This document shows positions 9,990 through 19,440 of a stretch of DNA of 32,000 nucleotides, one piece after another. A program made the position numbers and the translations under genes. The stretch lies in assembly GCF_000341395.1 (NCBI RefSeq), contig NC_020304.1, forward strand, positions 3,720,001 to 3,752,000. Direction: 5' to 3'. This stretch comes from Desulfocapsa sulfexigens DSM 10523 (GTDB lineage: Bacteria > Desulfobacterota > Desulfobulbia > Desulfobulbales > Desulfocapsaceae). The first letter of the stretch is position 1, and each line of letters starts with the position of its first letter. The notes under the pieces are model-generated. The model ran no database searches. It was not told where the DNA came from and was given only the letters and a program-made list of their open reading frames with translations.

Positions 9990-10343
9990 ATGAGCACAAT
10001 TATTGACAGAATTGAAATGGAACAGATGCGTCAGGATCACCCAGATTTTCGTCCCGGTGATACGGTTAAAGTATATATTCGTATTATTGAGGGTGCAAAA
10101 GAGCGTGTCCAGATCTTTCAAGGCGTAGTTATAAAACGCAAAAAAGCAAACATGGGTGCATCCTACACCGTTCGCAAGATATCCCACGGTGTTGGTGTGG
10201 AAAAAACATTTGCACTGCACAATCCTCGTATTGAAAAAATTGAAGTTGTAAGCCGTGGACGAGTTCGTCAATCCCGTCTCTACTACCTTCGTGGGAGACG
10301 TGGTAAAGCTGCACGTATCCGCGAGCGCGGCATTGTGCGTTAA
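9990..10343 (+). CDS. rplS: 50S ribosomal protein L19
   Basis: 117 aa with ..[44 protein letters not shown].. , typical of L19. Confidence 0.95.
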   Translation: MSTIIDRIEMEQMRQDHPDFRPGDTVKVYIRIIEGAKERVQIFQGVVIKRKKANMGASYTVRKISHGVGVEKTFALHNPRIEKIEVVSRGRVRQSRLYYLRGRRGKAARIRERGIVR

Positions 10344-11034
10344 AACGAATACGCCCAAAAAGAAAATCTCGTCTTTCAAACAGCTACCGGATTCACTTCT
10401 GGCTCTGTTTGATCCTCCCCGGGACGATAATTATTTTCTCGAACGAACTCTGCAACAACAGGGCTATCCTGTTGTTGCAGGGCTCGACGAGGTTGGTCGA
10501 GGCCCTCTGGCAGGACCTGTCGTTGCCGCAGCAGTGATACTCCCTTCAAACTGCCAGCATTCCCTCTTTATCGACTCTAAAAAGCTCACTCCGAAGAAAC
10601 GTCAGCTACTCTTTGAGTATCTTTATGAAATACCTGCTCACATTGGTATTGGTATTGTCTCTCATAAAATCATAGACAAAATTAATATTTTGCAGGCCTC
10701 ACTCCTTGCCATGAAACGTGGCGTGAATGAACTTACAAAACTAAAGGTTGTACCCGACTTCCTTCTTGTGGATGGAAAATTTCCTATCCCCACGCGAACG
10801 CCCCAACAGCCATTAATCAAGGGTGAAACACGATCGGCCTCCATTGCTGCGGCCTCTATTGTTGCAAAGGTTACCCGTGATAGAATCATGGCTGAACTGC
10901 ACAGCAAATACCCTCACTACAATTTCATTAAAAACCAGGGTTACCCTACAAGAGAGCACCGCTCGGCCATTTCATCCCATGGTATCACTCCCCATCATCG
11001 CGTGACATTCAGAGGGGTGAAGGAATTTGTCTAA
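10333..11034 (+). CDS. rnhB: Ribonuclease HII (start uncertain: canonical in-frame starts at 10255 GTG, 10291 GTG, 10300 GTG, 10333 TTG)
   Basis: ..[23 protein letters not shown].. (DEVGRG active-site motif), ..LVDG.., ..[14 protein letters not shown]... All candidate starts overlap the rplS 3' end. I list the most downstream one. Confidence 0.85.
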   Translation: MCVKTNTPKKKISSFKQLPDSLLALFDPPRDDNYFLERTLQQQGYPVVAGLDEVGRGPLAGPVVAAAVILPSNCQHSLFIDSKKLTPKKRQLLFEYLYEIPAHIGIGIVSHKIIDKINILQASLLAMKRGVNELTKLKVVPDFLLVDGKFPIPTRTPQQPLIKGETRSASIAAASIVAKVTRDRIMAELHSKYPHYNFIKNQGYPTREHRSAISSHGITPHHRVTFRGVKEFV

Positions 11035-11406
11035 AGAACGTATCAGCCTTGGAAAACATGGAGAAGACCTTGCCGTGACCTATTTAAAAAAAATAGGTAT
11101 ACAATAATCCAACGAAACTACAGGCAGAAATCAGGAGAAATTGATATCATTGCCCGTCACGAGAATACGCTTGTCTTTGTTGAAGTAAAAACACGAAAGA
11201 GCCTCCATTTTGGACACCCATTTGAGGCCGTCACCCAGAGAAAACAGGCACAGATCAGCAGAACAGCATTGGATTACATGACACGTAACAAATTAACTGA
11301 AGCAGCGGTGCGTTTTGATGTCATTTCCATTATGATGGTTCCTGATGGAAATCCCCAAATCGAACACCTTACCAACTGTTTTGAAGCAACCGGCAACTTT
11401 TGTTAA
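11027..11406 (+). pseudogene. yraN: YraN/UPF0102-family endonuclease-like gene interrupted by a 1-nt frame change at an A8 run (11086-11093)
   Basis: Frame A from TTG 11027 gives (M)[25 protein letters not shown]-stop (TAA 11105-11107). Frame B from 11092 gives NRYTIIQRNYRQKSGEIDIIARHENTLVFVEVKTRKS..EAVTQRKQ..RFDVISI.. up to TAA 11404-11406, with no start codon of its own. Nine As instead of eight, or a -1 slip, fuses both into a normal ~126-aa YraN. Confidence 0.75.
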
Positions 11407-11425
11407 ATTTCAACAGTAAGTAATC

Positions 11426-12433
11426 ATGATACCATTAGCTATCACAATGGGATGTCCCGCCGGTATCGGCCCTGAAATCATTCTGAAATATTTCACCCAA
11501 CCCCAAAATCCCATGCAATTCCCCTGCATTGTGGTTGGCGACAAAAACGTTCTTAACGTCTATGCCCAACGACTAGCCATCGACTGTACTATTATACCGT
11601 GGCTGCCAGGAGATGCTATTCCAGCAGGTCAAAACATTATCCCTGTTTACGAGACATCAGAACTCAGTAAAAATTCGATTCAACCAGGAAAATTCACCAA
11701 AGAGACTGCTATCGCCATGGCATCTGCCATCATCTCCGCAGTCAAAGGGATCAAGGAAGGCTGGTTGTCAGGCCTCTGTACCTGTCCGATTTCCAAGGAA
11801 GCACTTCAGAAGAGTGGACACCTCTACCCTGGGCATACTGAGATGCTAGCCAGGCTCACAGCCTCAGGAAACCAGGTGATGATGCTTGCCGGAAACACTC
11901 TTCGAGTGACGCTTGCTACCATTCACTGCGGTATCGCTCAGGTTTCCGGACTACTCAACAAAGACTTACTCCTCAATCTCTACCGGACCACTCACAAAAG
12001 CCTTCACGTTGATTTCAACATCCCCGCCCCCAGACTGGCAGTGGCCGCCCTTAACCCACACGCCGGTGAAGGTGGTATGTTTGGTAATGAAGAGGAAAAA
12101 ATCATAATTCCGTCCATTGAAGCAGGCCAAAAAGAAGGCATTGTCTTGCACGGTCCTTTTCCGCCTGATACAATTTTCTTTAAGGCAGCTCAGGGTGAGT
12201 ATGATGCTGTTGTCTGTATGTATCATGATCAGGGACTTATCCCTTTCAAACTGCTCCATTTCAAAGATGGTGTAAATGTTACTCTTGGTCTACCCATTGT
12301 CAGGACATCGGTCGATCATGGCACCGCTTATGATATTGCAGGAAAAGGCATCGCGGATCCATCAAGCCTTGCTGCAGCTGTTGCGCTTGCAACTCAAATA
12401 ATTCATAATAGAACGCAACTCGACACCATATGA
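11426..12433 (+). CDS. pdxA: 4-hydroxythreonine-4-phosphate dehydrogenase PdxA
   Basis: 335 aa with ..ITMGCPAGIGPEI.., ..PGHTEML.., ..LNPHAGEGG.., ..MYHDQGL.., ..VRTSVDHGTAYDIAGKG.. . Confidence 0.9.
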   Translation: MIPLAITMGCPAGIGPEIILKYFTQPQNPMQFPCIVVGDKNVLNVYAQRLAIDCTIIPWLPGDAIPAGQNIIPVYETSELSKNSIQPGKFTKETAIAMASAIISAVKGIKEGWLSGLCTCPISKEALQKSGHLYPGHTEMLARLTASGNQVMMLAGNTLRVTLATIHCGIAQVSGLLNKDLLLNLYRTTHKSLHVDFNIPAPRLAVAALNPHAGEGGMFGNEEEKIIIPSIEAGQKEGIVLHGPFPPDTIFFKAAQGEYDAVVCMYHDQGLIPFKLLHFKDGVNVTLGLPIVRTSVDHGTAYDIAGKGIADPSSLAAAVALATQIIHNRTQLDTI

Positions 12434-13041
12434 CATCTCCAAACGAACCCGGCCGCCTCATTGTTTTTGAAGGGACAGATGGTACAGGAAAATCAACCCA
12501 ACTGAAGCTTTTAGCCAAGGCTCTCCAGGAAAAAGGCTTGGCTGTTGTCTCCACCCGTGAACCAACGGATGGTAAATATGGACAACAGATTCGAGAGTTG
12601 TATAGTGATCGCGGAAACGTAAGTCTCGAGGAGGAACTCAATCTTTTTCTGGCCGACAGACAGGAACATGTTGAGTCCTTCCTCAGGCCAGCATTACATG
12701 ATGGAAAAATCATTCTCTGTGACCGCTACTATCTCTCGACCATTGCCTACCAGGGGGCAGCAGGACTCGAACCATCCATGATCCTGAACCGTAACAGTTT
12801 TGCACCTGTCCCTGATCTTGCCATTCTTTTCCATGCTCCCATCGCCATCGGGGTTAAACGTATTACTCAAAACCGCGGTGACACCCAGAATGATTTTGAA
12901 AAAGAGGGGTATCTAAAAAAGGTGGCTCAACAGTTTGAATTACTGAACCTTCCCTATATCAGACGTATTAACGCATCGGGAACCATAGAGACCGTCCACC
13001 GGGAAGTTCTTAAACTGGTTCTGCAACTTCTTGAGGCATGA
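12430..13041 (+). CDS. tmk: Thymidylate kinase
   Basis: 203 aa. P-loop FEGTDGTGKSTQ, then ..REPTDG.. and ..CDRYYLSTIAYQG... The ATG overlaps the pdxA stop (ATGA). Confidence 0.9.
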   Translation: MTSPNEPGRLIVFEGTDGTGKSTQLKLLAKALQEKGLAVVSTREPTDGKYGQQIRELYSDRGNVSLEEELNLFLADRQEHVESFLRPALHDGKIILCDRYYLSTIAYQGAAGLEPSMILNRNSFAPVPDLAILFHAPIAIGVKRITQNRGDTQNDFEKEGYLKKVAQQFELLNLPYIRRINASGTIETVHREVLKLVLQLLEA

Positions 13042-14786
13042 TGAAACTCCACATGCACCTTCTTTCATATGGATTCGTATCTATCCTGACACTATTCTAC
13101 TTCAATGGATGCAGTTCTGTACCACCTGACACTTTTGAACTTGAAGAGCACCTTGTTCCTGAAGAACTTGCTCATGACCCGCTCCAGGAAAACAGCGACA
13201 GCTCGTGCTCCTATTTCTATTTTCTCTGGGGGACACACGCAGAAAATAACGAACAGTATGTAGAGGCCGAAGAAGCCTTTGAAAAAGCACTCATCTGCGA
13301 CCCGGATTCACGTTATATCCTTCGCAGACTCCCCATTCTTCTTCTCAAAATGGGGAAACAGCAAACCGCCGCCAAATGGCTGCGCACTGCCATTGAGAAA
13401 TACCCTGACGAGACACAGGACAGACTCCTCCTCGCTCGTCTGGATATCCAAAATAATGAGATTGATGAAGCCATCAATCTCTACAATGAACTCATTTCGC
13501 TAAGCCCGGAAGACGAGACGCTGTATCTCCGTCTGGGATTTCTATACTCCGAGCAGCATCGATATATGGAGGCAGAAAAGACCTACCAGAAAGCCCTTCT
13601 GGTGAATCCCGAATCTCTCTTTGCCCACCTCTATCTTGCACGATTGGCTTCACAGATGAGCAAAACAGCGCTGGCTGAAAAATGGTACCAGAAGGCTCTG
13701 GAAATCAACTGGTCCATCGAACTTGTCTTTGAAATTGCAGATTTTTTTGGAAAGTATGAAGACTACCAGAAAGTTGAAGAACTGTATCGATCTATTTTGG
13801 AAAAGAATCCTAAGGAGACTCGAGCCGGCCTTGGACTTGTCCATACCCTGCTCCTTCAGGAAAAAGAAGAGAATGCTCTTCAAGTATTGCAGGATTTGCG
13901 TAATAACAGCGATGACCCGGCCCAAATAGATATAATCACCGCAAGGATCCATCTCCGCTCCAAGAATTTTGACAGGGCTGCTGAAATCCTCACGCCCTTA
14001 ACAGTTGACCATGAGATGCCTGAGGCCACATACATGCTTGCTGTCATCCGTTATCAGCAACAGCAACTGGACAACGCCATGGCCCTGCTGCAAACAATAG
14101 GACAGGAGGCAGATCAGTTTGAAGATGCGACCTATCTCCAGGTACGAATATTCATGGAACGTAAGCAGGATTCACGTGCCATTGAGCTGCTCAAACAAAC
14201 ACTTCTCAATGAAGAACTGGCGAGCCCCGGTCTCTACACACTTCTGGCATCACTCTATATGGAGCAAGATCAGATAGAGAAGGGCTATGAATTGCTGGAC
14301 GCAGCCCTTATCAGATATCCTGACAACGCCACAATCTATTTTGAATATGGGCTGCTCCGTGAACAGGATGGCTCTCAGCAACAGGCAATTGCTCTCATGA
14401 AAAAGGTTCTGGAAATTGACCCGGATCATACCGAAGCATTAAATTACCTCGGTTACACATGGGCTGACAACAACACCAACCTGGAAAAGGCTCTGGAATA
14501 TATCCAGAAAGCAATACAACTGAAGCCCGGGAACGGATACATTCAAGACAGCCTTGGATGGGTCTATTTCCGTATGGGAAAACTTGAACTCGCAGCAATT
14601 GAGACATTAAAAGCTCTGGAACTCGAGCCTCAAGATCCAAACATTTACGAGCATCTGGGTGACATCTATATGGCACAGGGTCAGCAGAAAAAAGCAATCC
14701 AGGCATACCAGGAAGCGGAAAAACTCTTCCAGAAAGCAGGTGATAAGGCCCGCCTCCTGAAAAAAATCCTTGATACTCAGGAATAA
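13038..14786 (+). CDS. TPR-repeat lipoprotein
   Basis: 582 aa. Signal peptide ends in a lipobox-like FNGC. There are many 34-aa TPR-like repeats (..A..Y.KAL...P....A...LG..Y..). The ATG overlaps the tmk stop. Confidence 0.8.
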   Translation: MMKLHMHLLSYGFVSILTLFYFNGCSSVPPDTFELEEHLVPEELAHDPLQENSDSSCSYFYFLWGTHAENNEQYVEAEEAFEKALICDPDSRYILRRLPILLLKMGKQQTAAKWLRTAIEKYPDETQDRLLLARLDIQNNEIDEAINLYNELISLSPEDETLYLRLGFLYSEQHRYMEAEKTYQKALLVNPESLFAHLYLARLASQMSKTALAEKWYQKALEINWSIELVFEIADFFGKYEDYQKVEELYRSILEKNPKETRAGLGLVHTLLLQEKEENALQVLQDLRNNSDDPAQIDIITARIHLRSKNFDRAAEILTPLTVDHEMPEATYMLAVIRYQQQQLDNAMALLQTIGQEADQFEDATYLQVRIFMERKQDSRAIELLKQTLLNEELASPGLYTLLASLYMEQDQIEKGYELLDAALIRYPDNATIYFEYGLLREQDGSQQQAIALMKKVLEIDPDHTEALNYLGYTWADNNTNLEKALEYIQKAIQLKPGNGYIQDSLGWVYFRMGKLELAAIETLKALELEPQDPNIYEHLGDIYMAQGQQKKAIQAYQEAEKLFQKAGDKARLLKKILDTQE

Positions 14787-14788
14787 CC

Positions 14789-15604
14789 ATGGCTGCCAGA
14801 GCACTCTTTTTATGGACCACCCTGTTTCTGATACTCATCATTACAGGCTGTGCCAGACAGCGATGGACCGAACCTCTTCAGGAAGATGAAAGCCGCAGAG
14901 TTTCAGAATTAATAACCACCATGCAGGATACAAATAAATCATGCCCAAAAGGGTTTGATGCTGACGCTATAATTTCCTGGAAAAGTCCGGTGATAGACAC
15001 GGCCGTACAAGGCTACCTTCAGCTTCTCTCACCATCGTCAGTGAAATTTATCGTCAGTAATCCACTTGGTATGCCCGTTTATGCCTTTGCAAGTGACGGA
15101 AACACATTTCAAATTTTAGACACCAGCAAACGGCAGCATATCAGGGGAAATGTTCGCAATCTCGCCTTCAGAAAAGAACTTCCCATAATCCTGGCTCAGG
15201 GCGACTGGTTTTCCTTTCTCAGCGGACAACTTCCATCACAGGTAATCCACGCAGAACAAATCAGTAAAGACACGACAAATGGGACTGTCTGGGTACGCTT
15301 TCCAAAATCTGAAAAAATTAAAACAGAAGACGAACAATGGGTCAATCTGGATCTTGGGCAAAGAAAAGTGTTGGGATATTTATTTCTTGACAGGAGTGGA
15401 GAGACAATCGCTGAAATCTCCTATGACAATCAGGAAGAAGACGAGAACTGCCTTTCTGCAGAGAAAAAGATTCGGATCACGGATCTTCCCTGGGGAGCAG
15501 AAATAGAAATAGAACTGCATGACATCAGGACAGATGATTCGTTCAGTGAGGCCGATTTTTCACTCCCTGTCCCTGTCGGTTACTTCAAACAACTCCAACC
15601 ATAG
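14789..15604 (+). CDS. Lipoprotein, possibly LolB/DUF4292-like
   Basis: 271 aa. Signal peptide with lipobox IITGC. It starts 2 nt after the TPR gene stop. The family assignment rests only on size, context and recollection. Confidence 0.5.
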   Translation: MAARALFLWTTLFLILIITGCARQRWTEPLQEDESRRVSELITTMQDTNKSCPKGFDADAIISWKSPVIDTAVQGYLQLLSPSSVKFIVSNPLGMPVYAFASDGNTFQILDTSKRQHIRGNVRNLAFRKELPIILAQGDWFSFLSGQLPSQVIHAEQISKDTTNGTVWVRFPKSEKIKTEDEQWVNLDLGQRKVLGYLFLDRSGETIAEISYDNQEEDENCLSAEKKIRITDLPWGAEIEIELHDIRTDDSFSEADFSLPVPVGYFKQLQP

Positions 15605-15607
15605 ACA

Positions 15608-16564
15608 CTACTTTTTCATACCATCCAGTGAATCATAGGAGTTCACAATAATCACAAACAGATTGTCTTCTTTAAAAAAAACCTGCTGCAGATCATAATT
15701 CTTACTGGGAACAAGCTCAAGCGTCACACGTACGAGATCAGAATCTTTTAGCTCTTGAATATTCACCTGTTCGATGTATTCGCCATGAATGGCCTGGGTC
15801 TGAACTACTTTTTCATCGAGCCTGGTTCCTGGAAAATTGCAGATAACAAGCGGTGTCCCCTCCTCTTCTCCAACGACCTCGGGAGGATAAAAACCATTCA
15901 ACTTGAAAAGAATCATCTCTCCCTTGTTGGATGTGTTTTCAAATGTCACCTCAAGAAGCAGAGGATCAACACCAGGGCCTTCCTCTTCCTGCGGAGCTGG
16001 ACTGTTTTCCACAGGCTCTGCTGGTTTTTCTGACTCCACAACTTCCGCTGTCGCTGCAGTCGCCACAATATCCTGCACCGGCTCAGCTGCTATCGTTTCT
16101 GCGACGGGTTCTTCAGCAATCACTTTTTCCGGTGCAACCGCATCTTTTTCCGGAAAATTTGCGGAAAAGAGCTGAACGGTAAAAATATTGTTCTGTTCAT
16201 CAAACTGCTGGTCAAAGTTAAAATCACCACCGGCAGTAAGGTCGATCACGACTCTGGTCTTATCGGCATGCCGTCCCAGTCTGATTTTCTGGATCATGGT
16301 ACCTTGAGTTTCAATAGCATTCGGAACACTTCGTACCATGGCTGTCTCCATAAAATCAAAGACAACACGAGGATTGTCCCCCTTTAAAGAAAATATTTTG
16401 GGTAGCCAGGGACCATTGAGATGAAAAACAACCGATTCAATTTTGCCATTATCCTTCTGGAATTCAACTTTTTCTATTAATCCTTCCGCAGCATGCAACA
16501 TACCGGAAAACAGAAAAATGGAAGCCAAAACAGCAACAGAAAAAACAAATTTACGACCATTCAT
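15608..16564 (-). CDS. Secreted tandem AMIN-domain protein
   Basis: 318 aa. An N-terminal signal peptide (..LFSGMLHA-AEG) is followed by two modules with AMIN-like signatures (..NPRVVFDF.., ..KTRVVIDLT..). They are separated by an acidic Pro/Glu/Ala/Val-rich linker. Confidence 0.65.
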   Translation of the reverse strand: MNGRKFVFSVAVLASIFLFSGMLHAAEGLIEKVEFQKDNGKIESVVFHLNGPWLPKIFSLKGDNPRVVFDFMETAMVRSVPNAIETQGTMIQKIRLGRHADKTRVVIDLTAGGDFNFDQQFDEQNNIFTVQLFSANFPEKDAVAPEKVIAEEPVAETIAAEPVQDIVATAATAEVVESEKPAEPVENSPAPQEEEGPGVDPLLLEVTFENTSNKGEMILFKLNGFYPPEVVGEEEGTPLVICNFPGTRLDEKVVQTQAIHGEYIEQVNIQELKDSDLVRVTLELVPSKNYDLQQVFFKEDNLFVIIVNSYDSLDGMKK

Positions 16565-16759
16565 AAAGGATACCTATGTAAGCGTCTATTTTTTAAGGAA
16601 CTAATCAGATATATTCTTGCATACCTCATACACTCTTGTAAAGTCAACCTATTTTCAGTAAATGACTAGCATGGAAATTATTCTCCAGAGTTGATTTCAG
16701 TGACTCTACAGCAGTTTAAAGCAATTGGATCTAATCACTTAACATATACAGACACACAC

Positions 16760-19318
16760 ATGAAACGAAACTTCGAACAGAGAGAAACCCTTCCTTTTGT
16801 CAACAAACCAGGACGTTACCTTGGTCACGAATACAATGCCTTTGTAAAAAACTGGGAGCAGACTCCGCTCCATTGTGCACTTGTCTTCCCGGATCTCTAT
16901 GAAATTGGTATGTCCCATCAGGGTTTACAGATACTCTATCACATCCTGAATGCTCAGGACAGTGTCCTTGCTGAACGTTGCTATTGTCCTGCCAAGGATA
17001 TGGAAGAACTTCTGCGGTCACGCAACCTTCCCCTCTGTTCACTCGAAAACAATCGTTCCCTACTTGACTTTGACCTTATCGGGATAACCTTGCCCTATGA
17101 GCTTTGCTATACCAACATCCTCACCATCCTTGATCTTGCCTCAATCCCTCTTCGCTCAACTGATCGCGACGAGGATATGCCCATCGTGCTTGGCGGCGGC
17201 TCCTGCAGCCTGAACCCAGAACCTGTTGCTGATTTTTTTGATGCCATCCTCCTCGGTGACGGTGAGGAGGCCATTCTCGAAATTGCCGAAAGTGTTCGCC
17301 TTGGCAGGAAGGATCAGCTTCCAAGAGCTGCCATTCTTGAAAAACTTGCCGCCATCCCCGGTGTCTACATACCTTCCCATTTTGAGCCTTCCTACAAAGA
17401 GGATGGAAGTATTGCAGAAATCAAGGCTCTCCATCCTGATTTTCAGGTGGTTACACGAAGAGTTCTCAATGATCTGTCCAAACTCGACCACCTTCTCCAT
17501 CCCCTGGTCCCCAATTCAAAAATTGTCCATGACAGATTAGGGGTAGAGGTAGCCAGAGGGTGCACAAGAGGGTGCCGTTTTTGTCAAGCTGGGATCATTT
17601 ATCGTCCTGTCCGGGAACGAAGTCCCGAACAAATTTTTGAACTTGCCAGTCAGGGAATCAAAAATTCAGGTTTTGACGAACTTGCCCTGCTCTCTCTTTC
17701 CACCGGCGATTACTCCTGTCTTAGTACAACTTTGCCCCAACTGATGGATCGATTTTCCAGGCAGGCCATATCAGTTTCCATGCCTTCCATGCGTGTTGGC
17801 ACACTCACCCAGGGGCTTATGGATCAGATTAAACGAGTTCGCAAAACCGGTTTCACACTGGCTCCCGAGGCCGGAAGTGAACGCTTGCGTCGAGTTATCA
17901 ATAAGGGAATCACCGAAGATGATCTCCTCAACACCAGCAAAGATGCCTTTGGACTTGGCTGGAAGGTGATGAAGCTCTATTTCATGATAGGTCTGCCAAC
18001 CGAAACCCTGGAAGATATTGAAGCTATAGCTGAGCTTGCCAACAAGACCAAGGAGGTGGGAAGCCGGTCGGGCGGCAGGGGCCGGCAACAGATTAATGTA
18101 AGCGTTGGAACATTCGTCCCTAAACCGCACACCCCTTTTCAATGGGATGCACAAATATCAATCGAAGAAAGCCGAGAAAAAATATCCCTGCTGAAAAAGA
18201 TACTGCCGAGAAAAGGAATCAACTTCAAATGGCACGATCCGGAACAAAGCCTGCTTGAAGGTGTATTCTCCCGTGGTGACAGACGGTTGGCGGATCTACT
18301 TGAAACAGTGTGGAAGAAAGGTGCCAGGCTTGACGGTTGGTCCGATTACTTTGATCTTTCACGCTGGCAGGAGGCGGCCGATGAATGCTCGCTTGTCCTC
18401 AGCGATTTTCTCCGTCCAAGAGGCCTGGAGGAGATCCTCCCCTGGCACCACCTCAGCAGTGGTGTTGACGAGAATTTTCTCAAGGAAGAATTACAGAAAG
18501 CCCATACGGAAGCATACACGCCCGACTGTCGCTATCACGATTGCCAGAAATGCGGCCTCTGTGATTTCAAAGTAATCAAACCCGTTGTCATTGACAGAAA
18601 ACAGCGGCAGCCAGAGGAAGCTGAAGGCAAACCTCCCTTCGGCCTCCCAAAGCAAACAGATAGACCGCAGCAGAACGAAGAACTCCATTTTCGCTATTTC
18701 GTTACTTATTCCCGCATGGGAGACATCTGTTATCTTGGCCATCTGGAAATCCTTCAGATTGTTTTCCGTGTTCTGCGCCGTGCTGGAATCGAAACTAATT
18801 TTTCCAAGGGATTTAACCCATCTCCCAAGGTATCCTTCGGCCCTGCAATGCCCGTTGGTACACAAAGTCTTGCTGAATATTTTGTAATGGATCTGCCCAT
18901 GCCGCTTGATAACCTGGAAGAAGCCAGGGAACGATTGAATAAACAGATGCCCCCGGGTCTCACCGTTCAAAAAATAGTTCTCAGCAACGGCAAGGTTCCG
19001 CAGGAAATGGTCAGTTCCTATCGGATCACTCTCTACCCGACACTGAGCAGTAACGACAAACAACTGATTGAGAAATTCCTGGCTACTGACAGCTTTACCG
19101 TGAAACGGGTTCGCAAGGGAAAGGTCATGGAAATCGATTTCAGACCACTTGTTGTTTCACTGGAATGTATAGAAGAGGAAACACTGTCCCTGGAGTTGCT
19201 CAGCAAGGCAAGTCAGGCCGGAGTAAAACCACTGGAAGCACTTGCGTCCATTCTGCAAAAGGAACAAAAGGAATTACTCTCCTCCGTGGTCATAAAAACC
19301 GGCTGGAAAGAGGTTTAG
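16760..19318 (+). CDS. B12-binding-domain radical SAM protein fused to a DUF2344-type C-terminal domain (TIGR03960/TIGR03936-like, recalled)
   Basis: Radical SAM cluster motif CTRGCRFCQAG. The N-terminal ..VNKPGRYLGHEYN.. is typical of this family. The C-terminal ~220 aa (..FRYFVTYSRMGDICYLGHLEILQIF..GFNPSPKVSFGPAMPVG..) looks like the usually separate DUF2344 protein. I prefer ATG 16760 over the TTG at 16691. Confidence 0.8.
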   Translation: MKRNFEQRETLPFVNKPGRYLGHEYNAFVKNWEQTPLHCALVFPDLYEIGMSHQGLQILYHILNAQDSVLAERCYCPAKDMEELLRSRNLPLCSLENNRSLLDFDLIGITLPYELCYTNILTILDLASIPLRSTDRDEDMPIVLGGGSCSLNPEPVADFFDAILLGDGEEAILEIAESVRLGRKDQLPRAAILEKLAAIPGVYIPSHFEPSYKEDGSIAEIKALHPDFQVVTRRVLNDLSKLDHLLHPLVPNSKIVHDRLGVEVARGCTRGCRFCQAGIIYRPVRERSPEQIFELASQGIKNSGFDELALLSLSTGDYSCLSTTLPQLMDRFSRQAISVSMPSMRVGTLTQGLMDQIKRVRKTGFTLAPEAGSERLRRVINKGITEDDLLNTSKDAFGLGWKVMKLYFMIGLPTETLEDIEAIAELANKTKEVGSRSGGRGRQQINVSVGTFVPKPHTPFQWDAQISIEESREKISLLKKILPRKGINFKWHDPEQSLLEGVFSRGDRRLADLLETVWKKGARLDGWSDYFDLSRWQEAADECSLVLSDFLRPRGLEEILPWHHLSSGVDENFLKEELQKAHTEAYTPDCRYHDCQKCGLCDFKVIKPVVIDRKQRQPEEAEGKPPFGLPKQTDRPQQNEELHFRYFVTYSRMGDICYLGHLEILQIVFRVLRRAGIETNFSKGFNPSPKVSFGPAMPVGTQSLAEYFVMDLPMPLDNLEEARERLNKQMPPGLTVQKIVLSNGKVPQEMVSSYRITLYPTLSSNDKQLIEKFLATDSFTVKRVRKGKVMEIDFRPLVVSLECIEEETLSLELLSKASQAGVKPLEALASILQKEQKELLSSVVIKTGWKEV

Positions 19319-19440
19319 GAAATCCTGTTGCTTCTACCCGCTTTCATATGGTACAGATGTGTATTCATTTGCATTCAGTATTTTTTTAGTATTCGTATAA
19401 AAATCAAAATATCCAAGCAGTTCTACCAAGGAGACCCCCC

